Of a DNA stretch of 64,000 nucleotides, positions 1 through 13,400 are shown piece after piece. This stretch comes from Aplysia californica (Eukaryota), in NCBI RefSeq assembly GCF_000002075.1, contig NW_004797486.1, positions 659,836 to 723,835 on the forward strand, read 5' to 3'. The notes under the pieces are model-generated. The model made no database searches. It saw only the letters and a list, made by a program, of their open reading frames with translations, and had not been told where the DNA came from. Each line of letters opens with the position of its first letter. The first letter of the stretch is position 1. The position numbers and the translations under genes are program-made.

Positions 1-213
1 CCCCAAATCGATTTCAGGTGGCATACGAGTTTCTGGAACTGAACCGTCGTTATAAATATTACTGATGAAAAAATAATAAATAATTACTATTTACCTGGAA
101 GATGCCCAGATGCATGTGGTTCTTTTTAAACATCTAATTTTCTTGTATTACAGTGTCTAAACGTTACAGATATGACTACAAATTTTGCCTCGGCCAAGTT
201 TAAGGCGGAAATA

Positions 214-951
214 CAGTGCGAGTCCACTTATAACGAGTTCTGAAATAACGAGAAGTCTGTTATAAAGACACTATTCTAAAACCCCGTTTTTTTCTCTTCT
301 TTATCTTTGTAAATAAAATACTGCTATTTATACGCAATCAGACAAACACACGAGTCGGTTATAGCGGAATATTGCTGCTGCTGCAGTGCACAGCGCATTG
401 GCCAATCATACAACACGTACATGTATTATGTAAAACCTCTCCAGTTGAGATACTTGTTGGTGATCTAGCGAAACAAAGAATGGGAGAGCCCACGTGTGTC
501 AACAATGAAGGCCGGAGCGAATGAGTGGGGAGGGTGTGGCATGCGTAGACAAGCAGAACGCCTGATAGACTAGCCTTGTCTAGATTTTCTAGGCCTACCA
601 TGCCTCTCACTTCTCCGATGCGGGGATAGAGAGGCCACAGATTATGATGTGATGGATGAAGCGAATGTGTGACGTGCAGAGCCCTTTCTTTTTTATCGTC
701 AATGCCGAGCTCTCGACGTCGCTAGCTCTAGAGAAAGAAACCTGATTCGATTTTTGATCAAATATGGTATTTGAATGAGAGGCCAACACCTTAACCTCTA
801 GAACAAGAAATCAACAGAACACTAAACTCATAGATTAGGCCTACTTTATTACTCCTTTGAATTTATAACTGGATCCCTTAAAACGAGAATCCTGCTATGA
901 CGGACATTTCGCACCAGCCCCACCCCCTCTCGTTATAACAGGATTCCATTG
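214..951. mobile_element. Tc1/mariner (Tigger/pogo-like) MITE
   Basis: TA-flanked ends CAGTG...CATTG, imperfect TIR with TATAAC/GTTATA subterminal motifs; no coding capacity. Confidence 0.55.
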
Positions 952-1144
952 TATATTAAGAGAAGCAGCAATGACGGTTAAATTGCCGTACCTCATGCGT
1001 TCTAGGCTTTTTTTTTGTGGGGGGGGGGGGGGCTATCAAAGATTGGACTGACACACTCAAAATGTCGGAGATAGACAAAGAAGAGTGCAACCGCGATCGA
1101 GTAACATAGCCCTTCTCAAGACGGTTACATTTTGCTGTCATGAT

Positions 1145-1510
1145 GGGGTGCTCATTACTGCGAGTCGGGGGCCCGACTCGGTCGCCTGACAGCAAACGCG
1201 TCGGCGAGTCGGACCGACCCCACTGGAATCATTTCCTTTCTGCAAAAGTAGCAGCTCAAGTCATGGTAGGGGATGGGGGATTTGTTACTTCCACCTGCGT
1301 ACGGCGCCGAATATTAAGTTCAAGACTTACACCAGGAAGACATTATGTTTAAGAGCTGTCTTACTTAGTCTTAACGTCCTCAGTGGGAGAAACCTCGGCG
1401 CGATGCATCAGAAACTCTCGACAACACGTGCCTAAAAGAAAACAAACGTGTTTTGTTTTTGAGCCGGCGAGATGACCCGACCCGCCGATCCCAACCGTAA
1501 TGGGCACCCC
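1145..1510. mobile_element. MITE with 14-bp terminal inverted repeat
   Basis: GGGGTGCTCATTAC ... GTAATGGGCACCCC (1 mismatch); TSD unclear. Confidence 0.55.
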
Positions 1511-2115
1511 GTATAACAAACAACACATAGATTCTGTGTGGTCACAACATGAATGTCATGGACAAGCTAGCGTTTTTTCCGGACATTATTTCAGACAAAA
1601 CAAAAAGGTGCCTTACTGACTTGCATGTACTTGTTGAACCTGAATAATTACTTAGAGATCTAGATCTAGATCTAATGAGACATGTGTACTTAACAGGCTT
1701 GAGTCGATAGGGCCAAACCTAGATCTAAGTACGGAGTCTAGCCGCTTCGCTTCCCCAAACACTAACCCTCTATTCAATTCTACTCTGGTTCATTTTGGTC
1801 GCTCATTCATACACTCATTACGGCTACGGCTACTGAATTCCTCCCGTGTAGGCTACATGATGAAGGCGAGATCTACTGTAAATGCCTATGGAGTTAGGTG
1901 GGACCATTTCTCCCGAAGAGAGCCCGAAAATGAACAAGCTAAAGGCTAAAATTGCAGTCTTGAGTCTTGCCACTTTTCCCAGAAGAAATGCCTACTCACT
2001 ACTCACTCTCTAAATGAGACTCTGTCTCTACCTTTCTCAGTTACTGTGATCTCTTCACTCGACACTCTCCTCTCACTCTCTTCGAATAAGGTCTGAACCT
2101 CAAAACTAAACTTAC

Positions 2116-2249
2116 TCCTTTTCCCACGGTTTGGCTGTTAAGATATCTTGCTGTTGTTTCGAGTCATAGCGATAGATCTCATCAACACTAGAAACACTTT
2201 CAACATTGTTAGTTAGTTCCCAGGTCTTCCTTGCTACTTTGGAGTCCAT
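2116..2249 (-). CDS. COPS5: COP9 signalosome subunit 5 (CSN5/JAB1), coding exon 1; the rest of the gene lies left of the window
   Basis: ATG at 2249; [44 protein letters not shown](D) matches the CSN5 N-terminus (KTWEL.NN...DEIY.YD..QQQ.IL..KPW.KD); ends in GA|GTAAGT donor. Missed by the ORF track. Confidence 0.93.
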
Positions 2250-2613
2250 GTTTATTTCTGTGACTGAACTATGGATGGATTGGATGGTTATTCAAAGTTT
2301 TTGGGTTGTCAATATCCTCAATCCTACGAAACAAAATTTTGTTTTCTGTTTCGCCTTCAGCTTTTTAGTTCCAGTGAAGAAGACGATAGATCTACCTACG
2401 TACATAATTTCAACAGATATTTACATAGTAACATAGGCCTACGGTGACCAAGGACCTTAGAATCTATTTTTGTAACCTCCCTGGTGGTGACTTAGATCTC
2501 AATTATTCTCAAGTCCCTATATAGTATACTATCTCATTCCACTGAATGTAGGCTTAGGCCTAATCAATAATATAAATAGCCAGATGCGACCAAAATCCCC
2601 ATAAAAGTGGTAT

Positions 2614-2713
2614 NNNNNNNNNNNNNNNNNNNNNNNNNNNNNNNNNNNNNNNNNNNNNNNNNNNNNNNNNNNNNNNNNNNNNNNNNNNNNNNNNNNNNNN
2701 NNNNNNNNNNNNN
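2614..2713. other. Assembly gap (100 N)
   Basis: Run of n. Confidence 1.
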
Positions 2714-3691
2714 GGGGGGGGGGCTGAGCTCTGTAGGTAACGATAGTAATATATCAGTCTGCTATAAGTAGTAGCAGTATTCTGACAGTAAGCTCAATAA
2801 AAGCCATATTATTTTTTTGCGTAAACAGTTGAGGATAATAGCACAACATCAACAAAAAATAAAAGTAGACCACCCCAGGGTTCGACTCAATCAGAAAATT
2901 TAAGGTAAATATGTACATCTGACTGCGCAGGGGAGAAAAGGGAAAAAAAGGATCAAGAAACAAACAACAAATACCATGGGTCTCTTACCCATCACATCTT
3001 TCAACCACTCGCATTACATTGGAGCAAAAAACAAAAGTCAGAATGTTTACAAACCTCTATGATGTTTTATTTGTTAAGAAAGATCAAACTCCATTTAGTA
3101 CTTTTATTCATGCCAGTGACAAAAGCATCAAATTGACAAACCCTTCATCAACTGTTTGTCATCATTATCAAACACATCAGCCTGACACATAATGAGTAAA
3201 CAACCCTAGCTGATATTGGACGTACAAAAAACGGTGAACAAAGTTTTAAAAATTGAACTACAACCACATTTCACACGAGAAGTTACAATTTCAATCACAG
3301 ACTCTCGATTTCCCAAAACAAGATTTAGATTTTACTTCTACACAAGTCATGCAAGTGCTGAGAAAATTTGGAAAAATCTCGAAAACAAACGCTGACAGTA
3401 GCACAACACTTCCAACTTATCTTTGATGGAACGCTAACCCCAATTGAAATTATACTCTCCTCAAAAATCAAGGGAAAATATTTCATGTAGTAAACGAATG
3501 AAACAAATCACCTTAATCCCAATGCTGATCAGCACAACAATATGCTTGAAAGTAATGAAAGACAAATCAAAGCTAAAGATTGTCCTTCTTTGTAAAGTAT
3601 TACTAAATCCCTGTGAATCATTAGCTTATTTTCTTTATTTCTGGGTCTCATAGGGCGATAACCAATAACACAATTAATTAGAGGTTACAAG

Positions 3692-4325
3692 TAGTCAAAC
3701 CTCGTTACCTAGGGACGAGCACAAAGTTGGCGGTATTTCGGGGCTAGCGGTATAACGGGGTCCTCTTAAATAGCACTGACTGCCCATTGACTAGGGTAAT
3801 GATTCTGTGACTACTGGATGAAGGACAATATAATATTGAGAGACGTTTACCCTAGCAGTCAAGCATGGTAGAGAGAAACTGGCCAATCTTGCCTTTCTAC
3901 ATCTATCTAGCACAATCACCATTTGCAAGGGAAATTCAACAAGCAACCACTTACATGTATAGCTCCAGCTGAACTTTACATAAATCAAAATTGAATATTT
4001 CTGCTGTATCGGAAGCTAGGCTATGTGTCAATGTTCCCCTGGACGTTTAATTTCTTTTAACCTGATGCCCGTCAGTCCTCCTGAGACCTGTCACGTGAAC
4101 TTGAGTGTGAATCCTAAGAATACCTGGCGATGCCAAAAATTTTGCCAGCAAGCCAAGGTGGCACGGTTTCTTTGAAGTTTCACAGGGCGACTTTAGAAGG
4201 CACAAATATTATGTTTATATTGGCATTCCTTTTCATACATAGGCAAAACCCGGTGGTAAGAGAGGCTAGTGGTATAATGGGGGGGGGGGGGGGGGGGGGA
4301 GAAAGATTTAATGAGGTTTGTCTGT
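3692..4325. mobile_element. Degenerate Tigger-like MITE
   Basis: AGTCAAACCTCGTTA ... TAATGAGGTTTGTCT imperfect inverted ends; repeated GGCTAG(C/T)GGTATAA subterminal motif. Confidence 0.4.
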
Positions 4326-6926
4326 TTAAACCAAACAATATGCAACAAAATATTCCTCATCACAGAAAAGAGAAAACACTGTAAGAATGGCTTTCTCCAC
4401 CTTTCCCCTCACATGCATGGAGGGGAGGTGTGGTCAGAGCATGAGCCCATGGGCAGCTGATTGATGTATGCTGGTGTTATAACAATAATTGATGAAAACA
4501 GAAATCATGAAATTGAAACTGTCATCAATGATATTTTTAAAAAAAACAACCTCTCATTGGTTCAAGAGCTGAGAGCATGCCAGAAGATGAAATTAAATAA
4601 TTTTGATTAGTTCTTTACATTGAGCATGACTTTTTAACATAACAGTCTTTCTAGAGGCAAGGCCTGCAAGTTGCTATTTGCCTGTAATTCTAATGCAATG
4701 AAAAGCATGGACATCGTGGACAGAAATAAACCCATCACACATTCAAATATATGATCCTAGGGTCTCTGTTCAATCCGTAAAACAACCATCAGCCCTGTAA
4801 GGCCCTATCTCGTCATGCCGGCCACAAACAGAGTTACTCTTTTCCTTAAGTTCACATTGTTTTAGAACATCAGAACCTATATATGCTATTTCAGTTAGCT
4901 ACACTACAAATAAGGAGATAGAGAAGAAAGAGCCACAGACAAATTACAAAAATGAAAAAGCCAAATGAGTATTACAATCAGCATTTCTCCAAATTTGGTT
5001 AAAAAAACACACAAAAAAACCTCTTTTCTTCAAAATAAAAACTTTTTATCTCATTTACTTTCTTGGACAAGCATATAACACTTCCTTAAATTTTCTATTG
5101 AATCAGCACATACACAGATCTCTATGTAAACACAGCAATCAGACTAGTCAACCATTCATCGAACGAACAAGGGACATTTATTATCAAAGAATTAACATAA
5201 ACAGGTGGAAATTTTGTTATTCCATAGTAAGACAAGATGTGTATCATTCGACCCACATATGCAAATATTAATTCAATGAATTATATTCACCACCGGTGTG
5301 AGCACGGAGGATGTTAACTAACTTAACTGTGGGCTTTTGTTTCAGCACTTACAGCTGCCATAAAGGTGAATATTCAGAACCAATAGAAGGCATGTCAGTT
5401 AAGTACTGTAAAACATCTCTCACTGCTTTACATTTTTGTTAAGCAAGTAAATTTTTTTTCAAATTCTTTCCCAATCACCAGCATTCACAAAAGGCGGGCA
5501 AAACATTATGAAAAAGCAAAACCTGCACGATCTCCAATAAAATTAAATCAAAGCAACCAAAGAAAGACACAGACACTAGACATTACAACGACAAACACAA
5601 GACAAAATTATTAAAACTGCTGCAAATCCAACACACTAAAACCCGAATTAATCCAGAGCTTTGAACCAAGGACAAAAACAAGCTAGAAATACCATTTTCA
5701 GGTTCTCTTTCATTACAAGCTTGTGCCTTGTAGTATTTTCAAAGTAGCAGATTTAACAAAATAATAAAGTCAGTAAACTGTTCCAAATCAAACCGCTAAA
5801 TTGTTCCTGTCCTGCACCACCATATATACAGATATTTATTCAGTACAAGCTACAGTATAAATGTATAAAAGCATTTTCCTTTAGCAAAACAATAGGCAGC
5901 AGGGCTAAATATACAAAGTACAGCCTAGGATTTAAAAAAAATAATTTACAAACTTTTCATTTAACAAAAACTTTCGGGAAAAAGTTAAAAAATCAGTAAA
6001 AATAACTTACATGGAAAAGCAGAATGCTATAAATTCAGGCAGAGTATCTGAGGTAAAATCTTTACACATTTACTTCTTCATCACATTAAGTTTCAAGACA
6101 AATTCAAGACAAAAAATGAAACAAAAGAAGCACAGAACCTCAACTTCATTGATTACAAAATTATTAGAAACAATCACAAAATACAAGTTCTTTGGGGGTA
6201 AGAAAAAAGTAGAAAAAGTATAGAACTATTTGAATGAGAACACTCAAATGATAAAGGAAGGGACTCTGCTGAAAGAAAAATCTTAACTTTATGTCTGAAA
6301 AAAGAAGAAAAAAACAGAAGCATTGTCAACATAATAAAGTGAAAATAACTTAATGAATATCTGCTCACATTCTCTCCAAACTTTTACGGCATGTTGGCAA
6401 TTACACTTAAGTTGAGTGGAACAAAATCAGTTCCTAGAAATTAGCTTTAGGAATAATGCTGCACTCTTCAATGCATCTGCTTTAGAGTCAACAGCCCATG
6501 TGACAGGGGATAAACGTGAAAGATACAAAACCCTTTAAACAAAAGGGTTATCAGTACGTCATTGTCACTGCCTACCAAAGAAAAGTCTGATTTAATTTTG
6601 AAGTTAAGGGAAAAAAAAGAAGAAGAAAAAGTAAGAAAATACATTTCTAAAATGACTTTACTATTCTCATCACGCTGACTTCTATCTCTCTAACCCACAA
6701 ATGTTTCACTGAAGGATAGAAAGAAATTGAAGAAAAAAAAGTAAATTTCAAATTCTAAAAAAACAGCTACACCAGTATGAAGGCATGAAAAATGAGCATC
6801 AAACCAAACAAAGTAAAAAGAAGTAACTGAAAAAGAGATGGGTAAAATTTTCAGGAAATGTTCATTATGCACGTAATATCAGCTGTATTCTCGCCTCAGA
6901 CATCTAGGTCCAGGGATGATAACAGC

Positions 6927-6990
6927 TCAGCGAGAGGCAGCAAGGGCAGGCTGATGCTCCACAGAGTCCATAGCACTGGTCATATCCAAT
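6927..6990 (-). CDS. SPTLC1: Probable alternative terminal exon of SPTLC1 (adds LDMTSAMDSVEHQPALAASR*)
   Basis: Strong acceptor cctgtcctctttcttttctcAG at 6992-6991; in frame with the CA|GTAAGT donor at 7374 that overlaps the first stop. Confidence 0.55.
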
Positions 6991-7370
6991 CTGAGAAAAG
7001 AAAGAGGACAGGAATGATGAAAAGATTTTCAAACAAAAATGTAAGAAAAAAACAAACACAACAAAAAAACAAAAAAATTGTTTACCCGCAAGGAACTTCT
7101 AATTCATAATGGTAACAACAATAAATCACAGGGCAAAGCTATCTATAATAAATTCCTCACAGCCCAGCCATTGTATTTGAGCAATGCCTGGGTCAAGGAC
7201 ACACACCAGTGAATGCTTTCACAATTACATTCCTTGACAATCTTTGTGAACTTGCAGTCACTACATGCCTCAATAGACCTAATCAATGACATTTTAAGAC
7301 TGTGTTTAGATAAGTGTAAAGTTCAAAACTACTAGTACCAACATTTTCCTCCTACACGCCCACATAACAC

Positions 7371-7479
7371 TTACTGAGAAGAGAGCTTCTGGAAAACCAG
7401 CTCAAAGGATTCGGAAAGAACTCGTATCACAGTATCAATTTCCGTGTCGGTCAGTTCACAGTTCACAGTCAGACGAATG
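7371..7479 (-). CDS. SPTLC1: SPTLC1 exon 14
   Basis: (S)[35 protein letters not shown]; acceptor tttcAG. Confidence 0.9.
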
Positions 7480-10400
7480 CTGAAATATACACATGTATTA
7501 CTATAGTACTTTAAAAAAAGAAGACACTTCATGTAGAGATGTTGTTGATCAACAGTAAACATCTCAACAGCACAATAACAAGTACATTTTCCTAGGAATT
7601 TATCCTGAACAAAAATAAAAGCAACACATATCAGGTATATGAAGCAAAACCTATTTTTCAAGATCATTAAAAAAAATGTGTACTACACTACAGCAAATCT
7701 TACTAAAAGGAACAGTTTAATAGACAGAAAGCAATTTTGACACCAGTGTGATTGTTATGATGGTAATGCTTTTGCCACTGTTCACTTTTAATTCCTGAAC
7801 TGGGAAGTTGTTTCATCAAGTATTTCTGTCTATCTGCAGGAGAGGCTGAACCTCAATCAGCCCGGGTAGGCTCTGACAGGCAGGGTCAAAGTAGCCCGCC
7901 TCCCAATCTATCAAAATTTTTTCCATAGGGACGATGACCTTTCCGATCAGAACTTTAAGGACCAGATCAGGGTAACTTTCCTTTATCTTGACAGCCTTTA
8001 AATGGGCCTACATCAGTAAACGTAAAAGAGATTATGTAAGGAAATATGTGCAAGTCAAAAACACTCTTCAAGTCTCCTGTGTAACGTTAGTTTAATCAAC
8101 TACTTGGACTGTTCAAAACCCTGATGAAATACAACATTACCACTGGAAAACATCTGGAATATAACAGGACAAGTGACCCCCCCCTCCTCCCAAAAGAAAA
8201 AAAAGCATGCCTCATGCATTGTTGCACGAGGAGTATCACAGGAAGAAGTTTTTTCAAACCCACCTTGGGGGCATCAAGGAGTGCTCCTCTGGTTCCAAGT
8301 AACGGGCAACAGTAAGAGCAACGCCAGAGCTCATCGCCTGAAGAGACATCAAATGTTGTACCCCTGAGATGCTAAGTTTGTTTGAGTTCAAGTGATAAAG
8401 TAATTCCATCAACAGTTAGAGCTTAGCAATGCCCATCGAAATAATAAAGGTTCTTACAAGCAGGGGGAAAGGCAAAATAAAAGCCATAAATGTTACCAAG
8501 TTCTGAATCAGATGAGCCAGCATAAAGACAGCCAATTCACTAAAGGCGAACTCCACAGTACTATTCACTCAAGCACATATGAACTTTATTGTAAGGGGGT
8601 GTGCATTTCTATGTTGTTGTTGTTGTTGTTGTTATCGATCCAGCAACAGCTGGCCTCTCGCCCTTCTGTCCAATGCCATGTAGTGTGCATTTCTATTGTT
8701 AGCACTGATTTTCAGCCAAGCTCATTAGCCAGAACAGCAGCCTCAGGTCTCAGTGTGAGAGGACTCGCTGTCTAGATCTGGCCCACTCATGACATGTTCA
8801 GATCCTGTGTCTTCAATGATGTCCCTTTCTTAACACCCTATATTCCCCATCTTACCCATAATTTTATAAAATGGCAAATGTAAGTCAAAAAGTGAAATTT
8901 GCTGCCTTTTTAACCCCTTCATTTCCTTAAGACGTACCTGGTATGTCACAAAAATACATAATTGTACGTCACGGAAGTTGGCAAAAGTTGCCGCTCCTGG
9001 TTGCCTATACGACATTACATCATGTACGTCACACTAATAATCTGGCTCTAATTCTTCTGAACTGAGTCTCCTCTTGCCCTCTTTTGTCCAGTCCTAATAT
9101 TATGTTTCATGAAAAATAGTAGCAGCTACTGAGTCAAACTGAAAAAAAAACAACCCAGGACAATACAACTCTAAACGAGTGCACTGAGATTATCACCTCA
9201 TCAACGACCATCTGAAGGGTTTGAAGGTCAAGGTCACGATCTTCTGCTGGTTCTGTTAGTTGAATGTGCTTGATGGGGGAAATGGGGATGCCAACAATGT
9301 TCACTCCAGAAATACTGCAACAAAATGGGGGGAATAAAAGGAAGCACAGGATTTTATACAAATATAATATGCATATCAAAAGAAAAGTCATAACTCGCCC
9401 GAGAAGAAAAACAAAGGACAGACAGGTCACGTCGGTAGCCTAGTGGTTAGGCAACCGAACTCGTAATCGTGAGATTGAGGGTTCCGGGGTTCGAGCCTCA
9501 GCTGGGTCTGACGTTGTGTCCTTGGGAAAGGCACATTACACGAACTTCCCACTTGGCTTGGTCCTATTGGAGACAGACGTTAAACTAGGAGGTCCCGCCC
9601 CTTAAATAACCTAAAAGTGTTGATAGGGGTGTTAAACCCATACCATTTCATTTTTCAAAGACAGACAAGAAAAGGTAAAATTAAAACATGGAGGTAAAGA
9701 TCTTAAGCTTAATGACTCAATGAAATAGACGGCAGAGCATTCATTACAGCAACTAATTGTTAATAAGTTAACACCAACGATACAAAATTTCGGGCAGTGC
9801 GTCATTCCAAAGAAAAAAACGGTGACCTCAGAAGCATTAAGATGTCTAAATACTCGCTCTGAAGGAAAAAAATTAACAAGCAACAATTCTAAAAAGCCCT
9901 TCTTTAGTGCGCATTGTACCCCACTGTACCCATGTCAATAATTTGGCTAGATGTATTCTTACCACAGGTATATTATGCCAATTGCACCTAAACTTGAAGC
10001 CACGAACCTCAACATACGCTGACCAAACATAAGTAAACATTAAGCTTGCCAGAGACTGAGTGGCCATAGGAATTTGCCTCCTCAGCATTCTTTTACGAGG
10101 CAGTATAGGGCTTTCCCTGTACAAACGGTAAAATTATCAGTAGATATTCAGTAAAATGCAGGGATCAAAACATCCGTCAATACTCACTTTTCCAGTTTTG
10201 CATGCAGTTTCTCGCTGGCTTCTCTCAGGTCCACCAACATGCCTGAACAAAAAAATATCAAAAACAGTCAGTCCCCACAGCAAATAAGAGTACATGTACA
10301 AAACTGAAGACAACATCTAGACATGTGCATTCCTTGCAGTGAATGAGGAAAGAAGAGTAGGTTTAACAATTTAGCTCCTGGGGATTTGTCCTGGTGCATG

Positions 10401-13400
10401 AACCAAAATCATGAAAAAAGGCAGTGCTCTATTAATCCTTTTACTGATCAAACATAACTCTTTTTGCTTACTTCAGCGTAGGAACTATGAATATCAGAAA
10501 CAGTTGTAAATGGAACTAGGTAATTTAGCAAGAGAAGATAAGTTCCTGCTAATACCTTACCTCGAAATTAAGGAGTCTCTAATACAGCATCAGGATAAAT
10601 ATCCTACAACCACTAATGCTTAGAGCGCTGTTACAGCTTTTTGTCACTTTTGTTTTTCAAACTACTTACTTACCAAGTTTGCTCTCAATAAACATACACC
10701 GAAAAACATAAGTGCTCCATCAATTTCCGACCCACGTCCCCTTTATATCATGCTGCAAACTGTCTCAACAATTTTATCTGTATTACCTGTCCTGGGCAAC
10801 AACGTCATTGCACAGCGGACAGGTCCATAAGTGCTCAGTTCCCCCAAGCACCAAAGCCTGCAAGGTATCAATACAATTTTATCTTAATTTAGGAAACATT
10901 ATAGAGCCACAACTTACTTGGTTTCTCCTGTAACATCTTCAGTGACTGAATGGCTGATGACGCCAGCATGGGGGGCTGAGAGGCTGAGAAACAGTATCCC
11001 AGACCAGACAAACGCTGATAGAGAGAAATAACAACTGCCATCAGTAAAGTTTTAGTGTTAGTAAGTGTTTTATAGCACTTGCAACACAATAAGCTCATAT
11101 AAGTGCCGAAGATTAGAAGTTTTACAAGAGAGTAAGTAACAAACACAAAAAAGAAGGAGGAGAGATAAGGACGATAGATGTTTGATAGGAAAGAATAAGC
11201 AAACCACACCAGAGCACCCGCCAACCACCCACTGTCATCAGTAAAGAATATGCACCTCCTTTCACAGACAGCACAACACAGAGACAGATATCAAAATAAC
11301 AACCAGAAGAGAATATACGCACTCTTACAAGGATTACTTGGCATTTTGAGCTTTCAGAACAGACTGAGGCACCTTGGTGAACTAAAATACAAAAGAAGAG
11401 TAGTTATAACAAAATGAGGTTTCCCACGCCAACAGTACAACGATTGTCTCACCCATATAACATGATGTATATGTGTGTGTGCCTAAAGAAAGGTACCAAA
11501 AGTCGCCATAGACTATTTTGAGCTACAGGCTGAAAACGACCAAAAAAAACCCCAACTTTTTTTTACTAAAACGTGTTTCCATTAAAAAATGATAGTTCCT
11601 CCATTTTTTAATAATGTGTCTAAAGGTTTTTTTTTATTGATTTGACTTATAAATATTTTATTTTGAATAATTTTGAGACGAGGGTATTTTTTAAAGAGAT
11701 AATGAAAACTGCTTTTAGAAGGTGTTAAAATTTATTCTTGAAGCATGTTTTCTCTTCCCCGTTATGTTTACCAATGAATTCTAATCATAATTTGATGTCG
11801 ACTAAATGCCAAATTGGAAATTAATTTTCCATGAATAAATACATTAGAAAGAAATGAATCTTTTTTTTTTCAAGTTTGTATGCGTCCCAAATTTAAAAGC
11901 TGATTTTCTCAAAATAAATCTTTATACCCTACCTCACAAAAAGTGCAATATTTCAAAAACTACTTGAGAATCTCAAAAATTAAAAAACCCAGTGTTCAGG
12001 TGGAAAAAGTTCATCATTCAGCTTTCTATTTCACACACAGCACCTTTACTCAAAAATACACCAAAAATTTGTTGTCTTCGTTTGTTTTAGTAGAGGTTTT
12101 ACGGCGCTCGCAACTGTATAAGGTTATATGAGCGCCAGAAGATTAGAGGTGATACAAGAGAGTAAAAAACATTAAAAAAAGAAGGAGGAGAGATAAGGAC
12201 GATAGATGTTCGATAGGAAAGAAGGAGCAAACCCCACCAGAGCACCCACCAACTACCCACATTTGTTGTCTTTAATTCACCCACTGCCGTACCCTCAGAA
12301 AAAACATACTCCATTACCACAACTCCTTGGTTTCAATTTCCTATTTCTGTTCCAGCATGTTGGTTCAGGCACTCATCAGTTTTTGAGGACATGGATAATA
12401 TTGGCATAATCTTAACTGACTGACTACGGTTCCGGTCACCGGTACCAGACCAACAGTCAGTCCACTGATACAGATCCCAGACGAGATGGACTTTGCAGTT
12501 TTATTCCGAAAATTGTGCTCCCGTCACATCAACGGAAACGGACTCCAGTGCTAGTTTTACTACTTCTTTCGTTTTGCGTCCAGTTTGGTGGAAATTGCAT
12601 GGTAAGTTTTTAAGCAATTGAAGGTGAAGGACAATCACCTCAGCTAAAGTTCAACTGACCGGAATTGGCGTTATGTTTTGTCGATATTCACGTCGAAGTA
12701 ACAGTCAAAGAAACAGGCATTCCTTGGATATAGAGTCAAAAGTGCTCTGCAGTAAATGAGTTAAGTAGAACTTTTTTTGAGATTCAAAGTGACAACTGCA
12801 ACAGTTCATCAGGGAGTCTAAAAACAAGTACGAGAAACAAACCGCATTACGGCATTCACAAACAGCCCACACTGATTTAACATAACATTTTAATTTTTCC
12901 TTTTACATCAACCTGTCCACCAAAAATCCTAGTCTTGGGCAGAAGCATGAGAAAATTATGTGACATTATGTTCGCAAATGTTAGACTTAAGCAGCATTTG
13001 TCACTCAAGGGCATTCATGAAATACAATATTAGATCTATTGCTTCCAGCACGGCCGCAAACTATTGATTTTGATTTTTAAGACGGAGAGATTAGTTATTT
13101 TTTAATAAATCACGAACTCACATAAGGCCACATTCATTATTAATTACTGGGTTGACTCGCAGGCCAGACTAAAATTGCTTTCAACTATATCTGGCTTGCA
13201 GGCAGTCTACCCTTCATCAACACAGACAATCCTCCCTTCTGATTCCAAGGATAAGATGAAAATGTGTACGAGCTAGACAGAAGCACATCAACAGGAAATT
13301 TGCGATTTCATGCCAGTAAAAAGCTAGGGAGACAGAGACAGCACAGGGTATTGTAAACAAAAAGCCACAAAAACAACAGAATACCTGGTGGTCAATGATA

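Noticed and set aside
4278-4299. Poly-G/C runs (also ~1020, 2714, 43470, 63355) as functional quadruplexes
   Set aside because: Scattered homopolymers with no positional pattern
7443-7460. 17-nt identity between SPTLC1 exon 14 and the MITE near 60940
   Set aside because: Short isolated match; the exon is conserved coding sequence, so this is probably coincidence
11180-11230. HDV-like ribozyme at the family A 5' end
   Set aside because: I could not find the P1 partner or nested pseudoknot by eye; a covariance-model search is needed
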